The notes beneath the pieces are model-generated. The model ran no database searches and was not told the DNA's origin. It saw only the letters and a list, made by a program, of their open reading frames with translations. Of a stretch of DNA of 64,000 nucleotides, positions 17,724 to 26,655 are shown one piece after another. The stretch is from Oscillospiraceae bacterium (GTDB taxonomy: Bacteria; Bacillota; Clostridia; Oscillospirales; QAMX01). The first letter of the stretch is position 1; every line of letters begins with the position of its first letter. Position numbers and translations under genes: made by a program. The stretch lies in NCBI GenBank assembly GCA_015067825.1, contig SVLQ01000003.1:35944-99943 (forward strand). The letters run 5' to 3'.

Positions 17724-19028
17724 GTGACGATGGAACAGATCCGATTGATCGAAGAAAAACAGGTCCTGACTGTTTGGGCGGAAATGAACCGCCAAACCGA
17801 AGCGGTCGGCAAAAATATCAACGCTGCCGTCGAACCGATCCTGGCTGCCGTGCGCACCGAGGGCGATGCCGCCGTTCGCCGCTATACCAAGCAGTTTGAC
17901 GGAATCGAGCTCGATTCGTTCGAACTGGCGAAAAGCGAACTGGATGCAGCGCTTGCCGCCGCTCCGGCCGAACTGACGAATGCTTTGGAGCGCGCCGCTG
18001 CGCGTATCCGCGCGTTCCATGCCAAACAGCTGCAGAACAGCTGGATGACGGAGTCGGCCGATGGCACGGTGCTTGGACAGCGCGTGCTGCCGCTGGAACG
18101 CGTCGGCGTCTACGTGCCGGGCGGAAGCGCGGCGTATCCGTCGTCGGTGCTGATGAATATTATTCCGGCCAAGCTCGCCGGTGTTGACGAGGTCATCGTC
18201 ATCACGCCGCCGTTCAAGAGTGAACGGGGGAGACTGGCCGTTTTGTCGGCGGCGAAGATCGCCGGCGCCGACCGTGTGTTCACCGTCGGCGGTGCGCAGG
18301 CCATTGCCGCCGTTGCCTACGGTACCGAATCGATCCCCAAGGTCGACAAGATCACCGGCCCGGGCAATGCATTCGTTGCGGCGGCCAAGAGCATGGTCTA
18401 CGGAAAGGTCGATATCGATATGGTTGCCGGTCCCAGCGAGATCCTGATCATCGCCGACGACACGGCCGATGCCGAGTACCTCGCAGCCGATATGCTTTCG
18501 CAGGCCGAGCACGATGCGCTTGCCAGCAGCGTGCTGCTGACGACCTCGCAGCGCGTGGCCGAAGAGACCGCCGCCGCGCTTAAGCGCCAGACCGCCGAAC
18601 GCAGCCGCCGCGAGATCATCGAAAAATCGCTCGCAAGTAACGGCCTGATCGTCGTTTGTGAGAGCCTTGCATCGGCCGCCGAAATTGCCAACACGATCGC
18701 GCCGGAACACCTCGAGATCGTGACCGAAAATCCGATGGCCATGCTGCCGAAGATCCGCAACGCCGGTTCGATCTTCCTCGGAGCTTATTCGCCCGAACCG
18801 CTCGGCGACTATATGGCCGGCCCCAATCACGTTCTGCCCACGAGCGGCACAGCGCGCTTTATGTCGCCGCTCGGTGTCGACAGCTTTATCAAAAAGAGCA
18901 GCTTTATCATGGCCACTCCCGAACTCTTGGAATCCCTGACCGACGATATCGTGGTCCTTGCCGAAAACGAAGGGCTCGATGCCCACGCCCAGGCGATCCG
19001 CGTTCGCCGCGAGCATCCGCTCCGATAG
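17724..19028 (+). CDS. hisD: Histidinol dehydrogenase
   Basis: 434 aa. GPGNAFVAAAK, SQAEHD, PEHLE, ...GDYMAGPNHVLPT. Confidence 0.93.
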   Translation: MTMEQIRLIEEKQVLTVWAEMNRQTEAVGKNINAAVEPILAAVRTEGDAAVRRYTKQFDGIELDSFELAKSELDAALAAAPAELTNALERAAARIRAFHAKQLQNSWMTESADGTVLGQRVLPLERVGVYVPGGSAAYPSSVLMNIIPAKLAGVDEVIVITPPFKSERGRLAVLSAAKIAGADRVFTVGGAQAIAAVAYGTESIPKVDKITGPGNAFVAAAKSMVYGKVDIDMVAGPSEILIIADDTADAEYLAADMLSQAEHDALASSVLLTTSQRVAEETAAALKRQTAERSRREIIEKSLASNGLIVVCESLASAAEIANTIAPEHLEIVTENPMAMLPKIRNAGSIFLGAYSPEPLGDYMAGPNHVLPTSGTARFMSPLGVDSFIKKSSFIMATPELLESLTDDIVVLAENEGLDAHAQAIRVRREHPLR

Positions 19029-19054
19029 TCCGCTAACGAAAGGAACGACCACCG

Positions 19055-20134
19055 ATGTCTTTATCTTTGATCCCCGAAAAAGTGCAGACGCTCAAGCCCT
19101 ACGGCTTTGAAGATACGAGCGGATGCACGATCAAAGCCGATGCCAACGAGAGCTTTGTTTCGCTCCCCGACGATCTGCGCGCCAAACTCGCCAAAATCGC
19201 CCAAAACGCGCTCTTCAACCGCTATCCCGATCCGCTTTCGACCGATGCCTGCGCTGCCTACGGTGCTTACGTCGGTGTCGACAGCCGCTATATCACCGCC
19301 GGCAACGGTTCGGATGAGCTTCTGATGATTATCATCAACTCTCTTCTCTCGCGCGGCGATAAGCTGCTGGTCGCCGAACCGGACTTCTCCATGTATCGCT
19401 TCTACGCAAACCTCGCCGAGGTCGAAGCGGTCAATATCGGCAAAGACGCCGATTATTGCCTGAGCGCCGATGCGCTCAAAAAGGCCGCAAAGGAATACGG
19501 CGCGAAGGCGATCATGTTCTCCAATCCCTGTTCTCCGACGGGCCAGGCCCTTTCGCGCGAAGAAGTGCTCGATTGCGTCGATTCCTGTCCGGACGTTTTG
19601 TGGATCGTTGACGAAGCCTATATGGATTTCTGGGACGAACCGACCCACAAGGATGCGCTTACACGCGGCAACATGATCGTACTGCGCACCTGCTCGAAGG
19701 CGGTCGGTCTGGCTGCGCTCCGCCTTGGATTTGCCATCTGCGGCGATACGCTGACCGAGGCGCTCAGAAAAGCGAAATCTCCGGCAAACGTCAACGCTCT
19801 GACCAATGCGATGGCTGCCGCGGTGCTTTCCGACCGCTCGTATCTGCGCAGTGCCTGCATGCGCATCCGCCAGGCGACGGCGCGGCTTTACGCCGGGCTG
19901 AAGGCTGCCGAAGAGACCTACGGCGTGATCCGGGCGTTGCCGACGAAAGCGAATTTCGTGTTCGTCGAAACGGCCGACGCGGCTGCCGCGCAGGAATACC
20001 TGAAACAGCGGGCGATTCTGGTTCGCCGCCTCGGTACGCGCCTGCGCATCACCGCCTGCGGTGAGACCGACAACGAAGCGATCATCTCCGCGATCGAATC
20101 ATACTGCGCCGAACAGGCGCGAAAGGAGCAGTGA
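19055..20134 (+). CDS. hisC: Histidinol-phosphate aminotransferase
   Basis: 359 aa class-II aminotransferase. ...YPDP..., NPCSPTG, VDEAY, RTCSKAVGLAALRLGF (PLP Lys). Confidence 0.9.
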   Translation: MSLSLIPEKVQTLKPYGFEDTSGCTIKADANESFVSLPDDLRAKLAKIAQNALFNRYPDPLSTDACAAYGAYVGVDSRYITAGNGSDELLMIIINSLLSRGDKLLVAEPDFSMYRFYANLAEVEAVNIGKDADYCLSADALKKAAKEYGAKAIMFSNPCSPTGQALSREEVLDCVDSCPDVLWIVDEAYMDFWDEPTHKDALTRGNMIVLRTCSKAVGLAALRLGFAICGDTLTEALRKAKSPANVNALTNAMAAAVLSDRSYLRSACMRIRQATARLYAGLKAAEETYGVIRALPTKANFVFVETADAAAAQEYLKQRAILVRRLGTRLRITACGETDNEAIISAIESYCAEQARKEQ

Positions 20135-20715
20135 CCATGCGCACAGCTGCCGAAAAAAGAACCTCCAAAGAAACCGACATCTTAGTCGAGATCAATCTCG
20201 ATGGCAGTGGGATCGCCGAGATCGATACCGGCATCGGCTTTTTTGACCATATGCTCACGGCGCTCGCCTGCCACGCAAACTTTGATCTCAAGGTCAAGGC
20301 GGTCGGCGATCTGCACGTCGACTTCCACCACACCGTCGAAGATACGGGTATCCTGATCGGCAAAGCGTTGCTTTCCGCTTTGGGTGATAAGAAAATCGTG
20401 CGCTACGGCACGGCTGCCGTGCCGATGGACGAGGCACTTGCCGAAACGATCCTCGATATCTCCGGCCGTGCGTATCTGCGCTTTGACGACGGTGGCCTCT
20501 CGCAGAAGATCATGCCGGGCTTCGACTCGGCGTTGCCGGTGGAATTTTTGCGCGCGGTCGCGATGAACGCCGGTATCACGCTGCACGCGTCGATCCGCTA
20601 CGGCGACAACGCCCACCACATGGCCGAAGCGCTCTTTAAGTCGCTGGGCCGTGCGCTGCGCATTGCGGTCGCACCGACGGAACGCGTTGTTTCAACAAAG
20701 GGGATCCTCGACTGA
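20131..20715 (+). CDS. hisB: Imidazoleglycerol-phosphate dehydratase
   Basis: 194 aa. DTGIGFFDHML, HHTVED, HHMAEALFKSLGRAL. The start may be ATG 20137. Confidence 0.92.
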   Translation: MTMRTAAEKRTSKETDILVEINLDGSGIAEIDTGIGFFDHMLTALACHANFDLKVKAVGDLHVDFHHTVEDTGILIGKALLSALGDKKIVRYGTAAVPMDEALAETILDISGRAYLRFDDGGLSQKIMPGFDSALPVEFLRAVAMNAGITLHASIRYGDNAHHMAEALFKSLGRALRIAVAPTERVVSTKGILD

Positions 20716-21320
20716 TGACCGGAATTATCGACTATGGTGCGGGCAATCTGCACAGCGTCCGCAACGCTCTTTCCTTTCTCGGTGCCGATCTGAAGCTCTG
20801 CACCTCTGCGGCCGATCTGGCGGAATGCGACCGTCTGATCCTGCCCGGTGTCGGTGCGTTCGGGCCGGCCATGGCGCAGCTTGCGCGCTGCGGCCTCGTG
20901 GAAGCGCTTCGCGCGTTTGCCGCATCCGGCAAACCGTTTTTGGGAATCTGCCTGGGAATGCAGATGCTCTTTGACGAGAGCATGGAATTTGGGATTCACG
21001 CCGGTCTCGGTCTGATCCCGGGCAGGGTGATCCCGATCGATGCCGAAACGCTTCCGGTCCCGCATATGGGCTGGAACGCGCTGGACGTGCGGTTTGCCAC
21101 GCCCTGTCTCTTGGCGGAAGATGCCGGCCGATACGTCTATTTCGTCCATTCGTTCCGTGCCGACTGCGCCGACGACTTTATCGCCGCCGACTCTTCTTAC
21201 GGCGAACAGATCCCGGCGCTGGTGGCGCGCGGCAACGTGCTTGGCGCGCAGTTCCACCCGGAAAAAAGCGGCACCTTCGGGCTGTCGATCCTGAAGCGCT
21301 TTCTTGCAATGCAGCCTTGA
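20715..21320 (+). CDS. hisH: Imidazole glycerol phosphate synthase, glutaminase subunit
   Basis: 201 aa. LPGVGAFG, GICLGMQML (catalytic Cys), FHPEKS. Confidence 0.92.
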   Translation: MTGIIDYGAGNLHSVRNALSFLGADLKLCTSAADLAECDRLILPGVGAFGPAMAQLARCGLVEALRAFAASGKPFLGICLGMQMLFDESMEFGIHAGLGLIPGRVIPIDAETLPVPHMGWNALDVRFATPCLLAEDAGRYVYFVHSFRADCADDFIAADSSYGEQIPALVARGNVLGAQFHPEKSGTFGLSILKRFLAMQP

Positions 21321-21325
21321 CGATG

Positions 21326-21361
21326 TGGCAGCCTGTGTGTAACGGGCTGCCGCGTTTTTTT
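21326..21361 (+). terminator. Intrinsic terminator after hisH
   Basis: GGCAGCC (21327-21333) / GGCTGCC (21345-21351) stem followed by a T-run (21355-21361). Confidence 0.65.
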
Positions 21362-21424
21362 ACCGATAAAATCAGACAAAATCCCGGCAGTTTACCAAAT
21401 ATACTTTTTTTTTCACATCGCTTA

Positions 21425-21433
21425 TGGTATAAT
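21425..21433 (+). promoter_or_regulatory. Extended -10 promoter for hisF-hisI-hisE
   Basis: TGgTATAAT at 21425-21433, preceded by a T-rich tract, 36 nt before the hisF ATG. Confidence 0.5.
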
Positions 21434-21469
21434 ATAGGATAGAAACCATTTGGTTCAAAGGAGAAACGT

Positions 21470-22234
21470 ATGCTTGCAAAACGAATCATTCCGTGCCTCG
21501 ACGTCAAGGACGGGCGCGTCGTCAAGGGGCTCAATTTCGTGGACCTGCGCGACGTCGGCGATCCGGTTGAGGCCGCGAAGTTTTATAACGAGTCCGGTGC
21601 GGACGAACTCGTATTCCTCGATATCACCGCAACGCACGAACAGCGCAAGACCGTTATCGACGTCGTCGAGCGCACGGCGCGCGAGGTTTTTATCCCTCTG
21701 ACGGTTGGCGGCGGTATCTCTTCGGTCGAAACGATGCACGATCTGCTGCGCGCCGGTGCGGATAAGATCTCGATCAACTCCGCCGCGATCCGCGATCCCG
21801 AGCTCGTCGCCCGCGCAGCCGACCGTTTTGGCAGCCAGTGCGTGGTGGTCGCCATCGATACCAAAACGATGCCCGACGGCGCGCGTCACGTCGTGATCAA
21901 CGGCGGCCGCATCGATACCGGAGTCGATGCGATCGAATGGGCGAAAAAGGTCGAAAAGCTCGGCGCAGGTGAACTGCTCGTCACCTCAATGGACACCGAC
22001 GGAACCAAAAAAGGCTACGACCTGACGACGCTCGATGATATCTGTAAAGCCGTCAACATCCCCGTTATCGCCTCCGGCGGTGCGGGCACGATGGAGCATT
22101 TTGCCGAAGCTTTTGAAAAAACCAACGTCTCGGCGGCACTTGCCGCATCGCTGTTCCACTTCCGCGAAATCGATATCCTCGAACTCAAACGCTACCTTGC
22201 CGACCGCGGCATTCCGGTGCGTCTGGCGAAATAG
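21470..22234 (+). CDS. hisF: Imidazole glycerol phosphate synthase, cyclase subunit
   Basis: 254 aa. [39 protein letters not shown]. Confidence 0.93.
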   Translation: MLAKRIIPCLDVKDGRVVKGLNFVDLRDVGDPVEAAKFYNESGADELVFLDITATHEQRKTVIDVVERTAREVFIPLTVGGGISSVETMHDLLRAGADKISINSAAIRDPELVARAADRFGSQCVVVAIDTKTMPDGARHVVINGGRIDTGVDAIEWAKKVEKLGAGELLVTSMDTDGTKKGYDLTTLDDICKAVNIPVIASGGAGTMEHFAEAFEKTNVSAALAASLFHFREIDILELKRYLADRGIPVRLAK

Positions 22235-22246
22235 GGAGGGGATACC

Positions 22247-22570
22247 GTGCAGACGATCGACTACGATCAGATCTTTTCCGGCCGCGAACTCGTCCCGGCA
22301 ATCGTGCAGGACGATGCGACGGGGGAAGTTCTGATGCTTGCGTACATGAACCGCGAATCGCTCCGCCTGACCATCGAAACCGGCACGACCTGGTTCTTCA
22401 GCCGTTCGCGCCAAAAGCTCTGGAACAAAGGTGAGACCAGCGGGAACAAGCAGACGGTGCGTTCGATTTGGCTCGACTGCGATGCCGATACCATCCTTAT
22501 CAAAGCGACACCGGCCGGTCCGGCCTGCCACACCGGCAACCGCACCTGCTTTTTCACCCAATTACAATAA
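22247..22570 (+). CDS. hisI: Phosphoribosyl-AMP cyclohydrolase (stand-alone)
   Basis: 107 aa, GTG start. [41 protein letters not shown]. Confidence 0.88.
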   Translation: MQTIDYDQIFSGRELVPAIVQDDATGEVLMLAYMNRESLRLTIETGTTWFFSRSRQKLWNKGETSGNKQTVRSIWLDCDADTILIKATPAGPACHTGNRTCFFTQLQ

Positions 22571-22602
22571 ACTGGAATTTACCCGCAAAGGAGAACAAAA
22601 CC

Positions 22603-22929
22603 ATGTCCGACGTGCTCAAAGATCTTGCGGCGGTGATCGAACAGCGCCGTGCCGAACCGCAGGAAGGCTCCTACACCTGCTATCTGTTTGAAAAAGGACT
22701 CGATAAGATCCTCAAAAAAGTCGCGGAAGAATGCGGCGAAACGATCATTGCCGCCAAAAACGCCGATAAAGGCGAGATCTGCTACGAAGTCTGCGACCTG
22801 ATCTACCATCTGCTCGTTATGATGAACGAGACCGGCGTACCGCTCGACGACGTTTTCGCCGAGCTTGCCGCCCGCAGCGCCAAAATCGGAAATCTGAAAC
22901 AAATGAAAAACACCGACCGCAATACCTGA
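22603..22929 (+). CDS. hisE: Phosphoribosyl-ATP pyrophosphatase (stand-alone)
   Basis: True start is ATG 22603 (RBS AAGGAGAA). MSDVLKDLAAVIEQRRAEPQEGSYTCYLFEKG...E.CDLIYHLLVMM. The track ORF start at 22468 lies inside hisI. Confidence 0.88.
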   Translation: MSDVLKDLAAVIEQRRAEPQEGSYTCYLFEKGLDKILKKVAEECGETIIAAKNADKGEICYEVCDLIYHLLVMMNETGVPLDDVFAELAARSAKIGNLKQMKNTDRNT

Positions 22930-22953
22930 TCGGTGAAAAAAGGAGACGTTTTT

Positions 22954-23985
22954 ATGAGATTGGAAGAATATGTGCCTTTCAGTGAACTGGTCGTCCCCGA
23001 AACCGAAGTTACCAAATCGCGCCTGCCGGTCATCGACGCCCACTCCCACTGGGGAAAGCTCCTCTTAGGCGATAACTATAACGCCGCCTACGATACGACG
23101 GCGGTCGTCAACGCGCTCAAGTCGGTCGGCCTCGAAGGCATCGTCAACGTCGACGGTTTCTGGGGCGAAGAACTCGACAAAATGCTCGCCAAGACCGAAG
23201 AATCCGCAGGTTTCATCAAAACCTTCTCCAGCGTCGACGTGACGCGTGCCGGCGAACGTGATTTCGAATCGCTCGTTTACCGCACGATCCGCGATGCCAA
23301 AGCCAAAGGGGTGGCCGGCCTGAAATTCTGGAAGGTCATCGGCCTTCTGTACCGCTATCCGAACGGCGAATTTATCCGCCCCGATGACGAGCAGTTGCGC
23401 TGCATCTGGCAGTGCGCGGCGGAATTTGATCTGCCGGTGCTCTTCCACATCGCCGACCCGGTTGCCTTCTTCAAACCGATCGACGAAGTGAACGAACGCT
23501 ACGAAGAACTGCACGAGCATCCCGACTGGGCGTTCAACGCGCCGGAACTCTATAAGTTCCAGGAACTGATGGAAATGCAGTACAAAATGGTCGCCGAAAA
23601 CCCGCAGACTAAGTTCATTCTCGCACACGTTGCTGGCTATTCCGAGAACCTCGGCGCCGTCGGCAAGTGGCTGGACGAGCTGCCGAATATGTACGTCGAC
23701 ATCGCCGAACGTATTTCCGAACTCGGCCGCCAGCCGTACTCGTCGCGCGCGTTTTTCGAAAAATACGCCGACCGCGTCATCTTCGGCACGGACATGACGC
23801 CGACGACCGACATGACCCGTCACAAGATCTACTTCCGCTTCCTCGAGACCCGTGACGAATACTTCCAGTACGACTGGACGCCCAACGGCCGTCAGGGCAG
23901 ATGGCGTATCTACGGTATCGACCTGCCGGACGAAGTTCTGGAGAAGCTCTACACGAAAAATATCCGCAAACTGATCGGAGAATAA
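22954..23985 (+). CDS. Amidohydrolase-superfamily metal-dependent TIM-barrel hydrolase (amidohydrolase_2-like)
   Basis: Likely start is ATG 22954 (RBS AAAGGAGA); the track start 22933 is GTG. Motifs VIDAHSHWG, FHIADP, ILAHVAG, FGTDM. It begins 25 nt after hisE with no terminator between. Confidence 0.7.
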   Translation: MRLEEYVPFSELVVPETEVTKSRLPVIDAHSHWGKLLLGDNYNAAYDTTAVVNALKSVGLEGIVNVDGFWGEELDKMLAKTEESAGFIKTFSSVDVTRAGERDFESLVYRTIRDAKAKGVAGLKFWKVIGLLYRYPNGEFIRPDDEQLRCIWQCAAEFDLPVLFHIADPVAFFKPIDEVNERYEELHEHPDWAFNAPELYKFQELMEMQYKMVAENPQTKFILAHVAGYSENLGAVGKWLDELPNMYVDIAERISELGRQPYSSRAFFEKYADRVIFGTDMTPTTDMTRHKIYFRFLETRDEYFQYDWTPNGRQGRWRIYGIDLPDEVLEKLYTKNIRKLIGE

Positions 23986-24017
23986 AAAATTATAATAGAT
24001 TGTGAGGACGAATTCCA

Positions 24018-25052
24018 ATGAGCAAGACTTATGACGAAATGAAAAGCCAGTATGGCGCCCTGCGTGAAACCGCCTTGTATATCCGCAACCGCATCAACGT
24101 TCTGAACCGCTTCCTCGAAGAAAAACCGGTCAAAACCGTCGCGTTCCTCGGCTGCGGCTCCAGCTTCTCCGTTTCCAAATCTCTGGAAGCGATCTACCGC
24201 AACCTCTCCGGCAACTCCGCGATGAGCCTTGCCGCCGGCGATCTGATGCTCCACACCGAAAACTACCGCATCGCGCTGGAAGATTCCGTCATCGTCGCCG
24301 TTACCCGTTCGGGCAGCACGAGCGAAGTTCTGCGTGCGCTGGAAGCAATCAAAGCGATCGCCTCCGTCCGCGTGATCGCTCTGACCTGTGTTGAAGGCGC
24401 TCCGATCACCGAACTCTCCGACGTTACCTTCAATATGCCGTGGGCGTTTGACGAAAGCGTCTGCCAGACGAGAACCGTCTCGAACCTCTACCTCGCCGGT
24501 GCGATCCTTGCCGCCGGTATCGCCAAGAACTTCGAAGCGATCGACGCGGTCGAAGCGACCGTCAACGAACTCGAAGCCTATGCCGAACGCATCGAACCGA
24601 TGTTCTTGCAGCTCGCGAAGGAAAAATGGGACCATGCGGTCGTTCTCGCCGACGGTGAGATCGGCGGCATCGCCGAAGAAGGCGCGCTTGCCTTCAAGGA
24701 AATCTGCCAGCTCAACTCCAACTACTACGGTTTGCTCGACAGCCGTCACGGTCCGATGGTCATGGTCGGCAAGACCACGCTCGTCATCGCCAGTCTCGGC
24801 GCTGCCGGCGAGCAGGAATGCCGCCTTGTTGCCGACGTGACGAAGAAATACGCCACGGTCCTCACGGTTTCCGACGAAGCCAAGGAGCTGCCGAAGACCT
24901 ACGCCAACATCGCCTTCGGCCGTCCGCTCGACGTGATCGGCCGCGGCCTTGCCCTGATCGTTGTCTGCCAGCTTGCTGCCTACTACAAATCGCTCGTCCG
25001 CGGCGTCAACCCCGATGCCCCGACCGGTCTGGATGCCTGGATCAAGCTGTAA
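24018..25052 (+). CDS. Double SIS-domain sugar-phosphate isomerase/deglycase-like protein (AgaS/FrlB/GlmS-isomerase type)
   Basis: 344 aa. FLGCGSSFSV and TRSGSTSEV SIS motifs, plus a second SIS half. Confidence 0.75.
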   Translation: MSKTYDEMKSQYGALRETALYIRNRINVLNRFLEEKPVKTVAFLGCGSSFSVSKSLEAIYRNLSGNSAMSLAAGDLMLHTENYRIALEDSVIVAVTRSGSTSEVLRALEAIKAIASVRVIALTCVEGAPITELSDVTFNMPWAFDESVCQTRTVSNLYLAGAILAAGIAKNFEAIDAVEATVNELEAYAERIEPMFLQLAKEKWDHAVVLADGEIGGIAEEGALAFKEICQLNSNYYGLLDSRHGPMVMVGKTTLVIASLGAAGEQECRLVADVTKKYATVLTVSDEAKELPKTYANIAFGRPLDVIGRGLALIVVCQLAAYYKSLVRGVNPDAPTGLDAWIKL

Positions 25053-25074
25053 CAGAAAAAACGGAGGATTTTGT

Positions 25075-26019
25075 ATGAAACCCTTTGATATTTTAGCCAT
25101 CGGCGAACTCAACGTCGACCTGATCTTAACCGGTATGAGCTCTCTGCCGATTCCGGGCCGCGAACTGATCGCCGAAACTTGTACCCTGACGATGGGCAGC
25201 TCGACGGCTATCTGCGCTGCGGGTATGGCCGGTCTCGGTCTGAAAACCGCCTTTACCGGTAAGGTCGGCAAAGATGGCTACGGCGAACTTGCTTCCTCGA
25301 CCCTTGCGGGCTACGGCATCGATCTTTCTCACCTGATCGTCGATCCGTCGATCCAGACGGGCATTACGGTTTCGCTTTCCGCCAAGGATAACAGCGACCG
25401 TGCGATGGTGACCTATCTGGGTGCGATCAGCGCGATGCGCGCTGAAGACGTCAGCGACGAGCTGCTGGCGAAAACGCGCCATATCCACGTCGGCTCTTTC
25501 TTCCTGCAGAGCGATCTGCGTCCGGGTCTGGCCAAGCTCTTTGAACGTGCGCACGAGCTCGGCGTCACGACGTCGCTCGACGCCGGCTGGGACGATACGA
25601 ACGTTTGGGACTACGGTCTGATGGACGTTCTGAAGCACACCGACGTGTTCCTGCCCAATGAAGTCGAATCCGCGGCCATCACCAAGAACGAAAACGTCCG
25701 CGAAGCCGCGCTGGAACTCTCCAAAATCTGCCGCATCTGCGTGGTCAAATGCGGCGGCAAGGGTGCCGTTTGCGCCTCGAACGGCCAGGTCTATGAAGCT
25801 GCGACCTACAAAGCCCCTGTGCGCGATACGACCGGTGCCGGTGACTCGTTCAACGCGGGCTTCCTCTATGCGTTCCTTGCGGGCTACTCGCTGGAAAAAT
25901 CGCTTTGCTACGGCAACGCCTGCGGCTCGCTGAGTGTGGCGCGCTTTGGCGGCGCTTCTTCGTGCCCCAACCTCGCCGAAGCTGAGCAGGTCATTGCGAC
26001 CGGCGTAGTCGAAGGCTAA
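25075..26019 (+). CDS. PfkB-family carbohydrate kinase
   Basis: True start is ATG 25075 (RBS ACGGAGGA). MKPFDILAIGELNVDLI, DTTGAGDSFNAGFLYA. Confidence 0.85.
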   Translation: MKPFDILAIGELNVDLILTGMSSLPIPGRELIAETCTLTMGSSTAICAAGMAGLGLKTAFTGKVGKDGYGELASSTLAGYGIDLSHLIVDPSIQTGITVSLSAKDNSDRAMVTYLGAISAMRAEDVSDELLAKTRHIHVGSFFLQSDLRPGLAKLFERAHELGVTTSLDAGWDDTNVWDYGLMDVLKHTDVFLPNEVESAAITKNENVREAALELSKICRICVVKCGGKGAVCASNGQVYEAATYKAPVRDTTGAGDSFNAGFLYAFLAGYSLEKSLCYGNACGSLSVARFGGASSCPNLAEAEQVIATGVVEG

Positions 26020-26504
26020 AACCGAACCGATAATTCGCTGAGCGCGGCCGGAGCTGCCAAGATCCGGCCGTGCTCGTGTAATTTTGCCGCGAGAACTGCG
26101 CTCTCGATCGGTTCGGCGAATTCGCAGAGCTGATCGGGTACGACGGAAAACGGCGGCGAGAGCAGCAGATAGAGCGCACCGCCGTAGTCGTAGAGCGCCG
26201 AGCGGTCGGGAGTTGCGATATGGTGCAGCGATCGGACGGCGTCGATTAGGTCACTTGCACTGCGGAATCGAAACACGGCGTGTTCTGCAGCGGATTGGGC
26301 GGTGATGAACAGCATGCTTTGTCCGCCGCGCTCGAAGGATTCTACCGTCAGCTGCCCATCCGGCAAAAAAACATCTGCCTCGGCGAGCAGCGTATGTACA
26401 GCTTCGCTGTGCCCGTATTGGCGGCAGAGATCGGCAAAAAAGGCTTGCTCTCTTCGGCTCAAAAACAGAACGACACTTCGCGCACCAATCGTGAGCTTGC
26501 GCAT
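26016..26504 (-). CDS. Hypothetical protein, possibly a MecA-like adaptor C-terminal domain
   Basis: 162 aa. The tail ...SALYDYGGALYLLLSPP...LCEFAEPIES...LHEHGRILAAPAALSEL resembles the MecA C-terminal domain pattern, judged by eye only. Confidence 0.4.
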   Translation of the reverse strand: MRKLTIGARSVVLFLSRREQAFFADLCRQYGHSEAVHTLLAEADVFLPDGQLTVESFERGGQSMLFITAQSAAEHAVFRFRSASDLIDAVRSLHHIATPDRSALYDYGGALYLLLSPPFSVVPDQLCEFAEPIESAVLAAKLHEHGRILAAPAALSELSVRF

Positions 26505-26603
26505 GGGTCACATCCTCTCAAACTTCATTTTGTCTGCTTATTGATATGAAAACGGACAAGATGATTATACAACACTTTTCAAAAATACGGAATACCTGAA
26601 ATT

Positions 26604-26631
26604 TTGGAAATTCTCTGCCCGAAATTTCCAA
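26604..26631 (+). promoter_or_regulatory. 9-bp inverted repeat in the leader of the foldase-like lipoprotein gene
   Basis: TTGGAAATT (26604-26612), 10 nt, AATTTCCAA (26623-26631), ending 24 nt before the ATG at 26656. Confidence 0.3.
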
Positions 26632-26655
26632 TCCCCGAAAGAAAGGGAATCAACT

